DNA of 45,353 nucleotides, from IMG/VR virus record IMGVR_UViG_3300005393_000308. The stretch is one strand, 5' to 3'. The stretch's first letter is position 1, and every line of letters begins with the position of its first letter. The notes below the pieces were generated by a model. The model saw only the letters and a list, made by a program, of their open reading frames with translations, had not been told where the DNA came from and ran no database searches. This DNA comes from a virus. The position numbers and the translations under genes were made by a program. Shown in pieces: positions 28,574 to 37,583 of this stretch.

Positions 28574-29104
28574 ATGATTGATGTGAAGCAGGCTAAGCTG
28601 TTTGGCGGCATTGGAACGATTATGATTATGTTGGGGCCTATTCCGTACATCGGCTGGATAGCTGCTGTTGTAGGTCTTATCCTGCTCGGCATATCGCTGA
28701 GCAATCTTGCTACTGTTACTGGGGACAGGTCCATCTTTACTAACTTTGTTATCTCGCTTGTGGTCGGGATAGTTGGTGGTGTCTTTGTCCTGTTCCTGTT
28801 CTTCGGCGCCGGCCTGACCGGCCTTTCCACCTTGGGCGCCTTAGGTGGCGGGACAACTTATATTCTGTCTGTTATATGTGCCTATTTTATGTCCCGAACG
28901 TATCGTACTCTTGGTACTCGCCTTTCCACTGCTTTGTTTAACACTGCTGCAACTCTTTGCTTCTGGGGTGCGGTCGGAATACTTGCCTTTGGCATTGGCC
29001 TCGTAGCTATCCTGGTTGCCAACATTCTTCTGATCGTAGCGTTCTTCTCCATCCCGGACAGCCTGCCGTCTGTTATCATTGGAAATGATTTAACTCAGGA
29101 TTGA
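28574..29104 (+). CDS. DUF996-like membrane protein
   Basis: AKLFGGIG N-terminus, several TM helices, VAFFSIP C-terminus. Confidence 0.75.
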   Translation: MIDVKQAKLFGGIGTIMIMLGPIPYIGWIAAVVGLILLGISLSNLATVTGDRSIFTNFVISLVVGIVGGVFVLFLFFGAGLTGLSTLGALGGGTTYILSVICAYFMSRTYRTLGTRLSTALFNTAATLCFWGAVGILAFGIGLVAILVANILLIVAFFSIPDSLPSVIIGNDLTQD

Positions 29105-29125
29105 AAATATGTCAAGGAGGTCGAA

Positions 29126-29621
29126 ATGATGAACAGCAAGACTATCGTTGTACTCGGGCGTGTGGGTAATGTACGGGTGTTCGATGGGGAAGATGGCCGT
29201 AAAACGGTAGTTTTCGGCGTGGCTGTTGATCAGCCCAGACGTGGCGAACAGGCGGAAGGCGAGCAGAAGCCGCCGGCTGTGTGGACGTCGTTTAGAGCGG
29301 TTAACGGGACAGCCGAGATGTTGGCCCAGTACCTGACCAAGGGCCGGCTGGTACATGTTCGTGGGTACCAGCCCGCGGCTCCGCCAGTACGAGACCTTGC
29401 GTACCATTAACATTAAGGGTGTGGGTAATGTCCAGTTTAAGGACGTCCAGACGGCGGAAGAGTACATCGTCGTAGACTTCAAGTTCGCCGACGCCCCGCG
29501 GAGCGATGCAGATGGACAGCTGGTCGGTGAGGTTGTTGCCGGTGAGCCTGCTGGTGCTGCCAGCGGCGACGCTGAGGTCTCATCCGCTGCAATGTTTGAT
29601 CTTAAAGATATTCCCTTTTAA
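29126..29621 (+). CDS. ssb: Single-stranded DNA-binding protein (+1 frameshift near 29372)
   Basis: VVLGRVG, AEMLAQYLTKGRLVHVRG, acidic tail ending DIPF; frames join as GYQPRLRQY. Confidence 0.85.
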
Positions 29622-29637
29622 GGTTTCCAGCCGTTAC

Positions 29638-29668
29638 GGGTCGGGGCAATCCCGGCCCAATTCTTTTG
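29638..29668 (+). terminator. Probable intrinsic terminator
   Basis: GGGTCGGG-GCAAT-CCCGGCCC plus TTCTTTT. Confidence 0.55.
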
Positions 29669-29682
29669 ATAGAGGTGATAGT

Positions 29683-29898
29683 TTGTCCAGGTTGATTCCT
29701 GCCGCCTTGAGCTTTATCCTGCCCGGCTTGGGTCAGCTTTATAATGGCCATACACGTAAGGCTATCGCCCTGGGCGTTGCCGTGCTGGCCTCTCACCTTG
29801 TCCCTGTAGCTCCTCTTTCTGCTGCTGTGAGGCTTGGCGCCTGGGCGTATGGCATCTGTGATGCGTATAGATGCGGATCTAAGAATGGGATACAGTGA
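29683..29898 (+). CDS. Small membrane protein (PGLGQLYNG motif)
   Basis: LSFILPGLGQLYNG...ICDAY; TTG start after GAGGTG. Confidence 0.6.
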   Translation: MSRLIPAALSFILPGLGQLYNGHTRKAIALGVAVLASHLVPVAPLSAAVRLGAWAYGICDAYRCGSKNGIQ

Positions 29899-29967
29899 TT
29901 TAACCTACTGGTTGACATTGTGTCCCAATATAGTATATTATATGTTTGATCGATTAAGGAGGTGGCA

Positions 29968-30993
29968 ATGGTGTACGTTAACCAGGCTAAGAGACATTTG
30001 GCCGCTTTGATCCAGAGAGACGGCGTGCCACCGATCATGCTCTGGTCTGCCCCGGGATGCGGTAAGAGCAGTATAGTCAAGCAGGTGGCGCAGGAAGCAG
30101 GCATTGGCCTCATCGACGTGCGCCTGCTGTATTTTAATCCAATAGACCTGCGCGGCATCCCGCGGGCTAACCCGGAGACGAAGGTGACCGAGTGGTACCT
30201 GCCTGACTTTCTGCCTAGAGTGGAGCGTGACGGCGAGCGGGGTATCCTGTTTCTTGATGAACTTCCTGCTGCTCCGCCGGCTACTCAGGCGGCCAGTTAC
30301 CAGCTTACCCTGGATAGGAAGATCGGTGATTACGAGCTACCTACCGGCTGGAAAGTGGTGGCCGCTGGCAACCGAATGACCGACCGGGCCGTTACCCACC
30401 GCATGCCAAGTCCCCTGGCTAACCGCATGCTTCACTTTGATCTGGATGTTTCGCTGGATGACTGGAAGGAATGGGCTATCGACGCTGGTGTCCACCCTAC
30501 TGTAATTGCTTTTCTTTCCTTTCGGCCGGAACTGCTGTACAAGTTTCCCGATGGGGCACCCGAGATCAAGGGTTTCCCGACGCCCCGCTCCTGGGAGTTT
30601 GTTTCTAGTCTGATCGGTGAGATTGGCGACAGCTATGAGCTTGCCGCCAGCGCTGTGGGCGAGGGGGCGGCGCTTGAGTTTATGACCTTCAAGAAGACTG
30701 CTGACAAACTACCCTCGCCGGAGAAGATCATCGACGGTGAGCAGGATTTCAAACCTGACAGTCCCGACTTGATGTATGCTCTTTCCAGCGGTCTGGTCTC
30801 TTATATTATGGTGAACTTCACCAAACCCAGGGTCACCCGTCTGTTTGACTATATCTCCTTTGCCCTGCCGGTGGAGTTTCAGACCCTGGTGATAACTGAC
30901 CTGCTCCGCACTAAATACCATGCTAAACTGTACTCGCTGCAGCCATTTTTGAAGTGGGCTAAAGACAATGCGTTTATTATTAATGCGGCGTAG
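29968..30993 (+). CDS. MoxR-like AAA+ ATPase
   Basis: APGCGKS Walker A, LFLDE Walker B, VAAGNR, PLANR, PTPRSW. Confidence 0.92.
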   Translation: MVYVNQAKRHLAALIQRDGVPPIMLWSAPGCGKSSIVKQVAQEAGIGLIDVRLLYFNPIDLRGIPRANPETKVTEWYLPDFLPRVERDGERGILFLDELPAAPPATQAASYQLTLDRKIGDYELPTGWKVVAAGNRMTDRAVTHRMPSPLANRMLHFDLDVSLDDWKEWAIDAGVHPTVIAFLSFRPELLYKFPDGAPEIKGFPTPRSWEFVSSLIGEIGDSYELAASAVGEGAALEFMTFKKTADKLPSPEKIIDGEQDFKPDSPDLMYALSSGLVSYIMVNFTKPRVTRLFDYISFALPVEFQTLVITDLLRTKYHAKLYSLQPFLKWAKDNAFIINAA

Positions 30994-31306
30994 CGGCTGG
31001 CCCCATGGAGGTAGTGGTTTGCCTTACTACGAACTTATCTTGTTTGAGATTCCCGATAGCCTTACTCTTGACTTGGTTGTTGCTATCCTTAAGCTTCACA
31101 ACCTGTATGTCCTTGATTATGGCAATAGCGTCCTCTACTCATATATCCACTTATCGTTTGAACCTGGCTTTGAGTCAAGGTGCAAGTCTGTCCTTCGTGA
31201 TCTATTTGGCGCTGATCCTGGGTTATCCTGGTTTCTGTTTACTCGGACTAAGCCGGTTGCTTTTTAGGTGTAGTGAGACTCCTCGTGACTAAGGAGGTGC
31301 TAGTTT

Positions 31307-32452
31307 ATGTCTGCTACGGCACCGCAACAGATGATCTCGGCTGCCCGTACTCAGCTTGTCCTGCGGCGGCCCTTTTTCGGTACGCTAGCTTTGCATATGC
31401 CAGTAGTGGAATCTGTGTCTATTCCAACAGCCGCTACGGACGGCCGGTCTCTCCTTTACAATCCTGCTTTTGTTGAGTGGATTGTAAAGCAACATCAGCT
31501 GGCCGGCTTACAGACTATTATTGCTCATGAAGTAATGCATGCTGCTCTCCACCACTGTTTCCGCCGTGGTAGCCGTAAGCCCATTCTCTGGAATGTAGCT
31601 ACTGACCTGGCAGTGAATGACCTGCTACGACAAAGTGGATTCTCTATTCTGCCTGGTATGCTCTATGACCGGCGCTTTGCGGATATGTCTGCGGAAGCTG
31701 TCTATGATCTGCTTCAGAAAGATCCTGGCTGCCGGGTATCTGTCTTGCAGTCTGCCGGGAGTAGTAGTGATAACAGCGGTGATCATTCTCTATGGGGTAA
31801 CAGCCAGAGCGCCGCCGACCTTGAGGCTCAGTGGAAGACCGCCCTTTCCAGAGCTGTCCAGGCTCAGAAGATGTCTTCAGGTCACGGCAGTCTACCTGGT
31901 GTGCTGGAGCGACTCATAGAGGATATCCTCTATCCTCGCCTTGACTGGCGTCAGGTGTTGGCTTCATTTCTCCAGCCCGTTAAGGCTGATTACAGTTTTC
32001 TGTCTCCAGACAGACGGTTCGATGATATCTTTCTGCCAGACTTCAACGTGGATTCCGTTGAGGAGGTGGTAGTAGCTATTGATACATCGGGTTCCACCTA
32101 TAAGTGTGTGTCTGCCTTCCTTGCTGAGGTTCGTGGTATTCTCGCCTCCTTCCCACAGGTGAGTGGGTATCTTGTCCAGTGTGATGCCCAGATTCAGGAT
32201 TGGCAGCCGCTGGATGAGTACGAGCTGCGGTCTGCTAAACTTAAGGGCTTCGGCGGCACCGACTTTAGACCTGTATTTGAGGAAATTGATAAAAGAGGCA
32301 TTGATCCTACTGCTCTTGTCTACCTGACCGACGGCTATGGTTATTATCCCGCCCACCAGCCCCACTATCCTGTCCTGTGGGTGCTCACCTGCGAGCCGAC
32401 GGATGGCTACCATCCTCCGTTTGGTCAGGTGATTCAGCTTAACCTTGGGTAG
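31307..32452 (+). CDS. Metallopeptidase-like + vWA protein (DUF2201 type), MoxR partner
   Basis: TAATDG, HEVMH, WNVATD, IDTSGS, GGTDF, YLTDG. Confidence 0.9.
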   Translation: MSATAPQQMISAARTQLVLRRPFFGTLALHMPVVESVSIPTAATDGRSLLYNPAFVEWIVKQHQLAGLQTIIAHEVMHAALHHCFRRGSRKPILWNVATDLAVNDLLRQSGFSILPGMLYDRRFADMSAEAVYDLLQKDPGCRVSVLQSAGSSSDNSGDHSLWGNSQSAADLEAQWKTALSRAVQAQKMSSGHGSLPGVLERLIEDILYPRLDWRQVLASFLQPVKADYSFLSPDRRFDDIFLPDFNVDSVEEVVVAIDTSGSTYKCVSAFLAEVRGILASFPQVSGYLVQCDAQIQDWQPLDEYELRSAKLKGFGGTDFRPVFEEIDKRGIDPTALVYLTDGYGYYPAHQPHYPVLWVLTCEPTDGYHPPFGQVIQLNLG

Positions 32453-32467
32453 TTATACAGGGAAGGG

Positions 32468-33631
32468 GTGTTTCTTCTGTCTCACCTATCTCTTTTTGAC
32501 GTTTTTAGTACTACTGCTCCGTTTGACTCGTATTTTCCTGTACTATTCCAGCGGCTCTCTTCTCTTGCTATTCCCTGGATAGCGCCTGAGGCCTGTCGCT
32601 CCTATTCGTTACATATATATTCACACCACTTTCATGGTTATTCTGACGCTAATTTGGCTTGTCTACTTCCAGTATATCCGGTGTTTGACAGTGGTCTTAT
32701 CGGCTACTGCCCGCACGCTACCTCTCAGTGGCTGCCTGACTATTTGGCTAGTGGAGGTGAGAAGTTTACTCCTGAGTTTCTGCCACTGCTTTCATCTATT
32801 TACAGCTTTGCTCTTTCTATAACTCGTGAGTACCGTCAACCTATCGGCCGCTCCGCTGCATCTTCTCCCTCACTTCAAGCTATCTTGTTAGGGGTTGATG
32901 CTTCGCACCTGTTATGTCTTTGCTCTATTGTACATCTAAAACGTCACATACCGGGTCTACTTACTACCCTAGTCGTGCTTGATTATATTCTCAAACAATC
33001 GTGTGGCTATCTGTATGATTTTATGTCCTTTTATACCTATCCAGAGGTTTTGGCTGATATCCTCTTTTTGATTGCTCCTATAAGTAAGCCGCCTCTTCCC
33101 AATGAGACTTTTTCATCTATTTATCGTTACATATCTGACGTTGATCCAACTCTCCTGTCTTATTTACTACTACCGTGGTTTCGTACTGTTCCTTTGAAGT
33201 CATTCGACTATATACTCGCTGATCTTTTTAATACGTACCGGTCTAGGCGATGGCTCTACCGTTCACTGTCCCGTCTCCTTTCCCTGTTGGCTGTCACTCC
33301 AGACTGTCCTGCTGATATCCTGGAGGCCCTGGGGAAGTCGCCGTTCCGTACAGCTAAACGCCTGGCCCGCCTGCGTGATCCGTCTATTTCGTCATCCTAC
33401 CTGATGCAGGCACTTGGTACATCGTTTGGCAGCGTGGCACCTGACACAGTTTCTTTCTACTGGGTTGCTGCTCTTCTGCACCCTAATTTCCCTATGGATG
33501 CATTGTCTCTTTTACTCTCTACTTCTCCTCTGTGTGCTGATGATTTTATGTCTGCTCTAGAAACTGCCCGGCAACGGGTACTTTCAGGTTCTGTTGATCC
33601 TGGCTTAACTGACCTTGCAACTGCTTGTTAA
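32468..33631 (+). CDS. Hypothetical Leu/Ser-rich protein
   Basis: 387-codon open frame in T-rich DNA; no recognised motif. Confidence 0.55.
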   Translation: MFLLSHLSLFDVFSTTAPFDSYFPVLFQRLSSLAIPWIAPEACRSYSLHIYSHHFHGYSDANLACLLPVYPVFDSGLIGYCPHATSQWLPDYLASGGEKFTPEFLPLLSSIYSFALSITREYRQPIGRSAASSPSLQAILLGVDASHLLCLCSIVHLKRHIPGLLTTLVVLDYILKQSCGYLYDFMSFYTYPEVLADILFLIAPISKPPLPNETFSSIYRYISDVDPTLLSYLLLPWFRTVPLKSFDYILADLFNTYRSRRWLYRSLSRLLSLLAVTPDCPADILEALGKSPFRTAKRLARLRDPSISSSYLMQALGTSFGSVAPDTVSFYWVAALLHPNFPMDALSLLLSTSPLCADDFMSALETARQRVLSGSVDPGLTDLATAC

Positions 33632-33728
33632 GCATATAAAGTCTAGGAGTGGAGGTGTTTATTGTATGTGGTGATTTAGCCTGAAGATTGCCGTTAATTA
33701 ATTAAACCAAGAAAAGGAGGTAGTTATT

Positions 33729-34316
33729 CTGGATTCGCTTGTCTTCTATGATGAACTCTGTAAGCTTCTTAACAACGACCTGGACGAGCTTCGGCTCACT
33801 ACCAAGTTTCCCGGCAATGGAAGTGTACTTCTTCAAGCTGATGCTATCTTCAAAGACACTGGCCTCGTCCAATCTGACCCGTTCCTAACTTCTCTTGATT
33901 CCTGTGACTCTGCTACTGGGGTTCCTTATCTGTTTCTTGCCTTACTCCAGGTAGTAGCCCGTGCTTACCGGTTAGAGAAGACTAAACTGGTCCTTGCTGG
34001 TGACGGTATTGATGATGACAACATCGACGAGGAAGACGATCAGGACCTGGATGACTTTGATGAACCTCAAGGTTCTGATGATGACGACGATGGTGACGAT
34101 GATGACGATGACGGATCTCAGAACTCTGATGAGCTAGAAGCCCAAGATCTGCAACAGCGTTTCCAGACTGCTCTTGACGAACTGGTCCATGAGCGGTCGT
34201 CTGGGGATCATATTTGTCAGAGTTGTCCTACCTGCGGCCAGCCCGATCTGTCTTCCTGGCAATACCGCCCTGATTGCTCCGCTCACCTGGATCATAACAG
34301 TATTACAACTGCCTGA
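33729..34316 (+). CDS. Acidic protein with CTG start, possibly PRTRC protein E-like
   Basis: Absent from the ORF track; AAAGGAGG RBS 8 nt before CTG; 195 open codons; poly-Asp tract; C-terminal CQSCPTC. Confidence 0.65.
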   Translation: MDSLVFYDELCKLLNNDLDELRLTTKFPGNGSVLLQADAIFKDTGLVQSDPFLTSLDSCDSATGVPYLFLALLQVVARAYRLEKTKLVLAGDGIDDDNIDEEDDQDLDDFDEPQGSDDDDDGDDDDDDGSQNSDELEAQDLQQRFQTALDELVHERSSGDHICQSCPTCGQPDLSSWQYRPDCSAHLDHNSITTA

Positions 34317-34340
34317 TAATTCTAAAGGAGGTTTTATTCT

Positions 34341-34523
34341 ATGGATAAATGGACAATTCATTACAATGGTATTACTGTTAATGCTGATGCAGACCTTTCT
34401 GTTGATCAGATTAAGACTGCTATGGCCCGTGTTTATCCAGCTGTGGCTAATGCCGTTGCTGACGTCGACCCCGAAAATAAGGTTATTAAGTTTGTCCTGC
34501 AGGCTGGCACAAAGGGTTGCTAG
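34341..34523 (+). CDS. Prokaryotic ubiquitin-like protein (PRTRC protein C type)
   Basis: 60 aa, LSVDQIK...YPAVANA...FVLQAGTKG(C); AAAGGAGG RBS. Confidence 0.85.
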   Translation: MDKWTIHYNGITVNADADLSVDQIKTAMARVYPAVANAVADVDPENKVIKFVLQAGTKGC

Positions 34524-34594
34524 GTTGTCTTATGTCCTGAGAGGAGGGGAATCTCTCCTCTCAGTGCTGATTCTTTTGTGAGGAGGCTGAGTCG

Positions 34595-35590
34595 ATGCAT
34601 ATCAGATGTAATCTCTTATACCGTGATGCTGCGCTTCTTGCTAACCTGGCTCGTACTAAGTACCGGAGGCGCCTGCGTAAACTACCGGGTGATATCTGCT
34701 CCGGTGAGTCTTGTAATTCTACTCCAGGTTCCTGTTTTACCGATCTGTTTTCTTATGCTGCCAAGCTCTGTCTTGGTTTATGTACCTGTGAGCTTGCCTC
34801 AATTACTGGCCATTCTCCTCTTACGTCTATTGCTTTACGCAGTAGAGCTAAGCGTGTATACCGGCTCGTTATACCAGCCGGTCTACTAAGTTCTATTGCC
34901 CAAATGCCGCAGTTAAGCTTTTCTGATGATGTGATGATTTCTTATCTTGTATCTCTTCTGCAACAGCGCTGTCAGGCCAATAGTGTTCCTGATGTCTCTA
35001 TTTCTGTAGCTACCGGCGATACTACAAAATGCTATTCTTATTCTGAGGCTGTGGAACTTGTTGTTGCTATTATCAATATCATGTATGTTCTTCATTACGG
35101 CTGCCTGCCTGCCTCTCGCACTACTGCCATGTCCGCTGCGCGCATTGTTAGTTCTGTCTCGTTCTTTTCCACAAATCTACAGAACTATACTTGTTTCATC
35201 TTGCCAGTTTCCCCTGATGCTTATGCTTCCTCTCAATGTTCCTCTTTCTCCGGGTGCGATCTGAAGTCTACTCTGCCTACTGTATTTGTGTTTCCTGTTG
35301 GTGACTGTTACTCTGTTGAACATCTCCTCGCTTCTCGACTTGGACCTCTCTTCTCTATACCGCTGGTGCTATACTATTTCTTGTTCTGCCATTTCCTGTA
35401 CTTGCTTACTGAGGTACTGCCCGTTTTCCCGGCTCTGGTTGAACGGCTCTTTGCCCTGTCCTATCAAGATTCTCAGCCTGCTGCTACAGAATTGGGTACT
35501 GTCTTAAGCGAGGCTGTATATATGGATGCTCAAGCTTTGTTTGATCGTGCTGTGCGATCTGTCCTTAGCGAGGGAGTGTCACTACCATGA
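34595..35590 (+). CDS. Hypothetical protein within the ubiquitin-like cassette
   Basis: 331-aa ORF between Ubl and E2; GAGGAGG RBS. Confidence 0.55.
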   Translation: MHIRCNLLYRDAALLANLARTKYRRRLRKLPGDICSGESCNSTPGSCFTDLFSYAAKLCLGLCTCELASITGHSPLTSIALRSRAKRVYRLVIPAGLLSSIAQMPQLSFSDDVMISYLVSLLQQRCQANSVPDVSISVATGDTTKCYSYSEAVELVVAIINIMYVLHYGCLPASRTTAMSAARIVSSVSFFSTNLQNYTCFILPVSPDAYASSQCSSFSGCDLKSTLPTVFVFPVGDCYSVEHLLASRLGPLFSIPLVLYYFLFCHFLYLLTEVLPVFPALVERLFALSYQDSQPAATELGTVLSEAVYMDAQALFDRAVRSVLSEGVSLP

Positions 35591-35814
35591 TCAACCCAAT
35601 TGAACTTTTGGAACAGCGACTCTCTGATTTCTGTCACCTATCAGGTATCTGTTGCATGAATGATGATTTTCCTAGCCTTATTGATAGGTTGCTTATGGAT
35701 TATGCCAATCTTCACTCTCCTAACTCGTGTTTAGATTTTCTTGTCTTTAAGCTTCGGTCTGCTATCCACAATCACCGTCACTCTTCCTGTGTCTGTCCTG
35801 ATATCTATGTCTAG
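35587..35814 (+). CDS. Hypothetical protein
   Basis: ATGA overlap with the upstream stop. Confidence 0.45.
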   Translation: MINPIELLEQRLSDFCHLSGICCMNDDFPSLIDRLLMDYANLHSPNSCLDFLVFKLRSAIHNHRHSSCVCPDIYV

Positions 35815-35833
35815 GAAAGTTGAGGTGTCATTC

Positions 35834-36778
35834 TTGAACATATCTATTGAAGATGGGGCCGTCTTTTTAACACATGAGAACACTATACGTTATATTAAGC
35901 CTGATGATTTTATCAGCATCCTTTCTGATGTCCTTGACAAGCGTGCTTACAGCCCGGGCTTACTTCCTCCCGGGACCCGCCAGGTATGTATATCCTCAGA
36001 TTCGGCTGTTTATGTTATTGAGCTACCTCAGTCTGTCCAGCCGTTAACTGTGGCTGTATCTAAGCACACCCGGTTTACTGTGCCGCTTGTTTTGCCTCCG
36101 ATGCTGTTCGTCGTGTCGATGAAGAATACTCGATCTAAGGGCGTATCTTTCTCCGGCCTCCGTGCTTTCGCTTTCCAGTACCCGCTGACTTTGGATTCTA
36201 TGTTATATATCCCACCGTTGCCGAATGTTTTTATCGATTCACCAGTCTGCCGGGTGTGTACTGGTGATATTTCTCCTTCTCCTGCTGGTGACTATAATGC
36301 TGTAGCTATATATGTTGTATCACACTTTTTCTCTTCTACATTTAATACCGACTTATCCACTCATCTATCCGACTACCTGTATAAACTTGTCCTCCTTTTT
36401 GCTGATGACCAGGGGGTCGCCCTTCTTAATTCTGATACCCCTATTGGGAGCCGCCTGTTTGAAGCTTATTCCCAACAGGGGTCTGGCGGGTTGTGGAGGT
36501 GTCTGTTTTCTACTGACCTCGTGCGTTTGTTCTGTCAGCATTATGCCTGCGACACTGACCCTGATCGTTTTCTTTCTTCCGTTACTTGGCCTAGTTTCTC
36601 ATACTCTTCTGATACTGATGTTAGAACTTTATTTAGTAGCTATGTTCAATCTCTGTCCCAGGCTTCTCGCTTGTTGTTCACATATCTTGTAATGTCAGCT
36701 CTGACTACTTATCCATTGTCAGTTTTGTCTTCTGTTGGCACTTATGGTTCTATTGTTACCGAGTTGCTTGGTGAATGA
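35834..36778 (+). CDS. Prokaryotic E2-like protein (PRTRC protein B / E2 family D type)
   Basis: PGLLPPG, LPPMLF, LYIPPLPNVF...VCTG, FFSSTFNTDL. Confidence 0.8.
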   Translation: MNISIEDGAVFLTHENTIRYIKPDDFISILSDVLDKRAYSPGLLPPGTRQVCISSDSAVYVIELPQSVQPLTVAVSKHTRFTVPLVLPPMLFVVSMKNTRSKGVSFSGLRAFAFQYPLTLDSMLYIPPLPNVFIDSPVCRVCTGDISPSPAGDYNAVAIYVVSHFFSSTFNTDLSTHLSDYLYKLVLLFADDQGVALLNSDTPIGSRLFEAYSQQGSGGLWRCLFSTDLVRLFCQHYACDTDPDRFLSSVTWPSFSYSSDTDVRTLFSSYVQSLSQASRLLFTYLVMSALTTYPLSVLSSVGTYGSIVTELLGE

Positions 36779-36791
36779 GGAGGTATCCAAT

Positions 36792-37583
36792 ATGTTCTCT
36801 ATTCCAGGTCTTGTTTCTCATTACTTCTCTCTCGAGGATGCGCTTGCTGCTGCCACTCCTGTATCTTATGTATTTGGTTCGAATGGCATTATGACTATTC
36901 ACCGTACTAACTTTGGCCGCCTGGGGGTTTTAGGCGCTAGCAAGGATATCCCCGGCCTTGAACCTCTCCCCTCTTACCTGATTGAATGGTCCATACCTCA
37001 GATCCCGTTTGATCTGTTTGTCTCTGCCGTTAGTACTCTGAAAGCTGCCTATGCCTCGTATCAAGCGGAGTCGCTAATATTTATCTGCTATGATGGCCAG
37101 AATTACTTCCTGTATGTTCCTGAACAGGAAGTTACCTCTGCTTCAGTTAACTATGAACTAGATATACCGTCAGAGCATATTGTTATGCATATTCACTCTC
37201 ACCCGGGTAGTATGGACCGCTTCAGTGGCACGGATGATAGAGATGAAACTAATGCTGGTTTTTATGTAGTTTTGAGTAACCTAACAGCCTCCTGGCCAAC
37301 TGTTACGCTGTCTCTATGTGTTGGTCAAAATAGGGTTACTTTATCTTCGTCGTCCGATCTGGCCCAGGTTTTCTCTATTCCTGCGTCTATGGAACCCCGG
37401 CTTGATATGTTATCCAAGATTCGTCCTAAAACCCTCTATACCTCGTCTGCTCACACTAGATATAGGCCATCCTATGTATCAGCTGAACGCTGGAACCTCT
37501 ATGATGATTGGGACGATCATACACTAGGCGATCCATATGCCTACCGCCGCTCTAACCTACCTTCTTCTAAGGAGGAGTTATAA
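36792..37583 (+). CDS. JAB/JAMM metallopeptidase (PRTRC protein A type)
   Basis: HSHPGSMDRFSGTD = H-x-H-x7-S-x2-D; upstream Glu; PEQEVTSASV. Confidence 0.88.
   Translation: MFSIPGLVSHYFSLEDALAAATPVSYVFGSNGIMTIHRTNFGRLGVLGASKDIPGLEPLPSYLIEWSIPQIPFDLFVSAVSTLKAAYASYQAESLIFICYDGQNYFLYVPEQEVTSASVNYELDIPSEHIVMHIHSHPGSMDRFSGTDDRDETNAGFYVVLSNLTASWPTVTLSLCVGQNRVTLSSSSDLAQVFSIPASMEPRLDMLSKIRPKTLYTSSAHTRYRPSYVSAERWNLYDDWDDHTLGDPYAYRRSNLPSSKEEL

Noticed and set aside
22882-33683. Repeated motif as a CRISPR array or Xer/dif sites
   Set aside because: Spacing is kilobase-scale and irregular with no cas genes; ATTTAAC resembles a XerD arm but no consistent second arm at 6-bp spacing
34005-34115. GAT/GAC trinucleotide repeat as a VNTR
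   Set aside because: It is the coding sequence of the poly-Asp tract in the CTG-start gene
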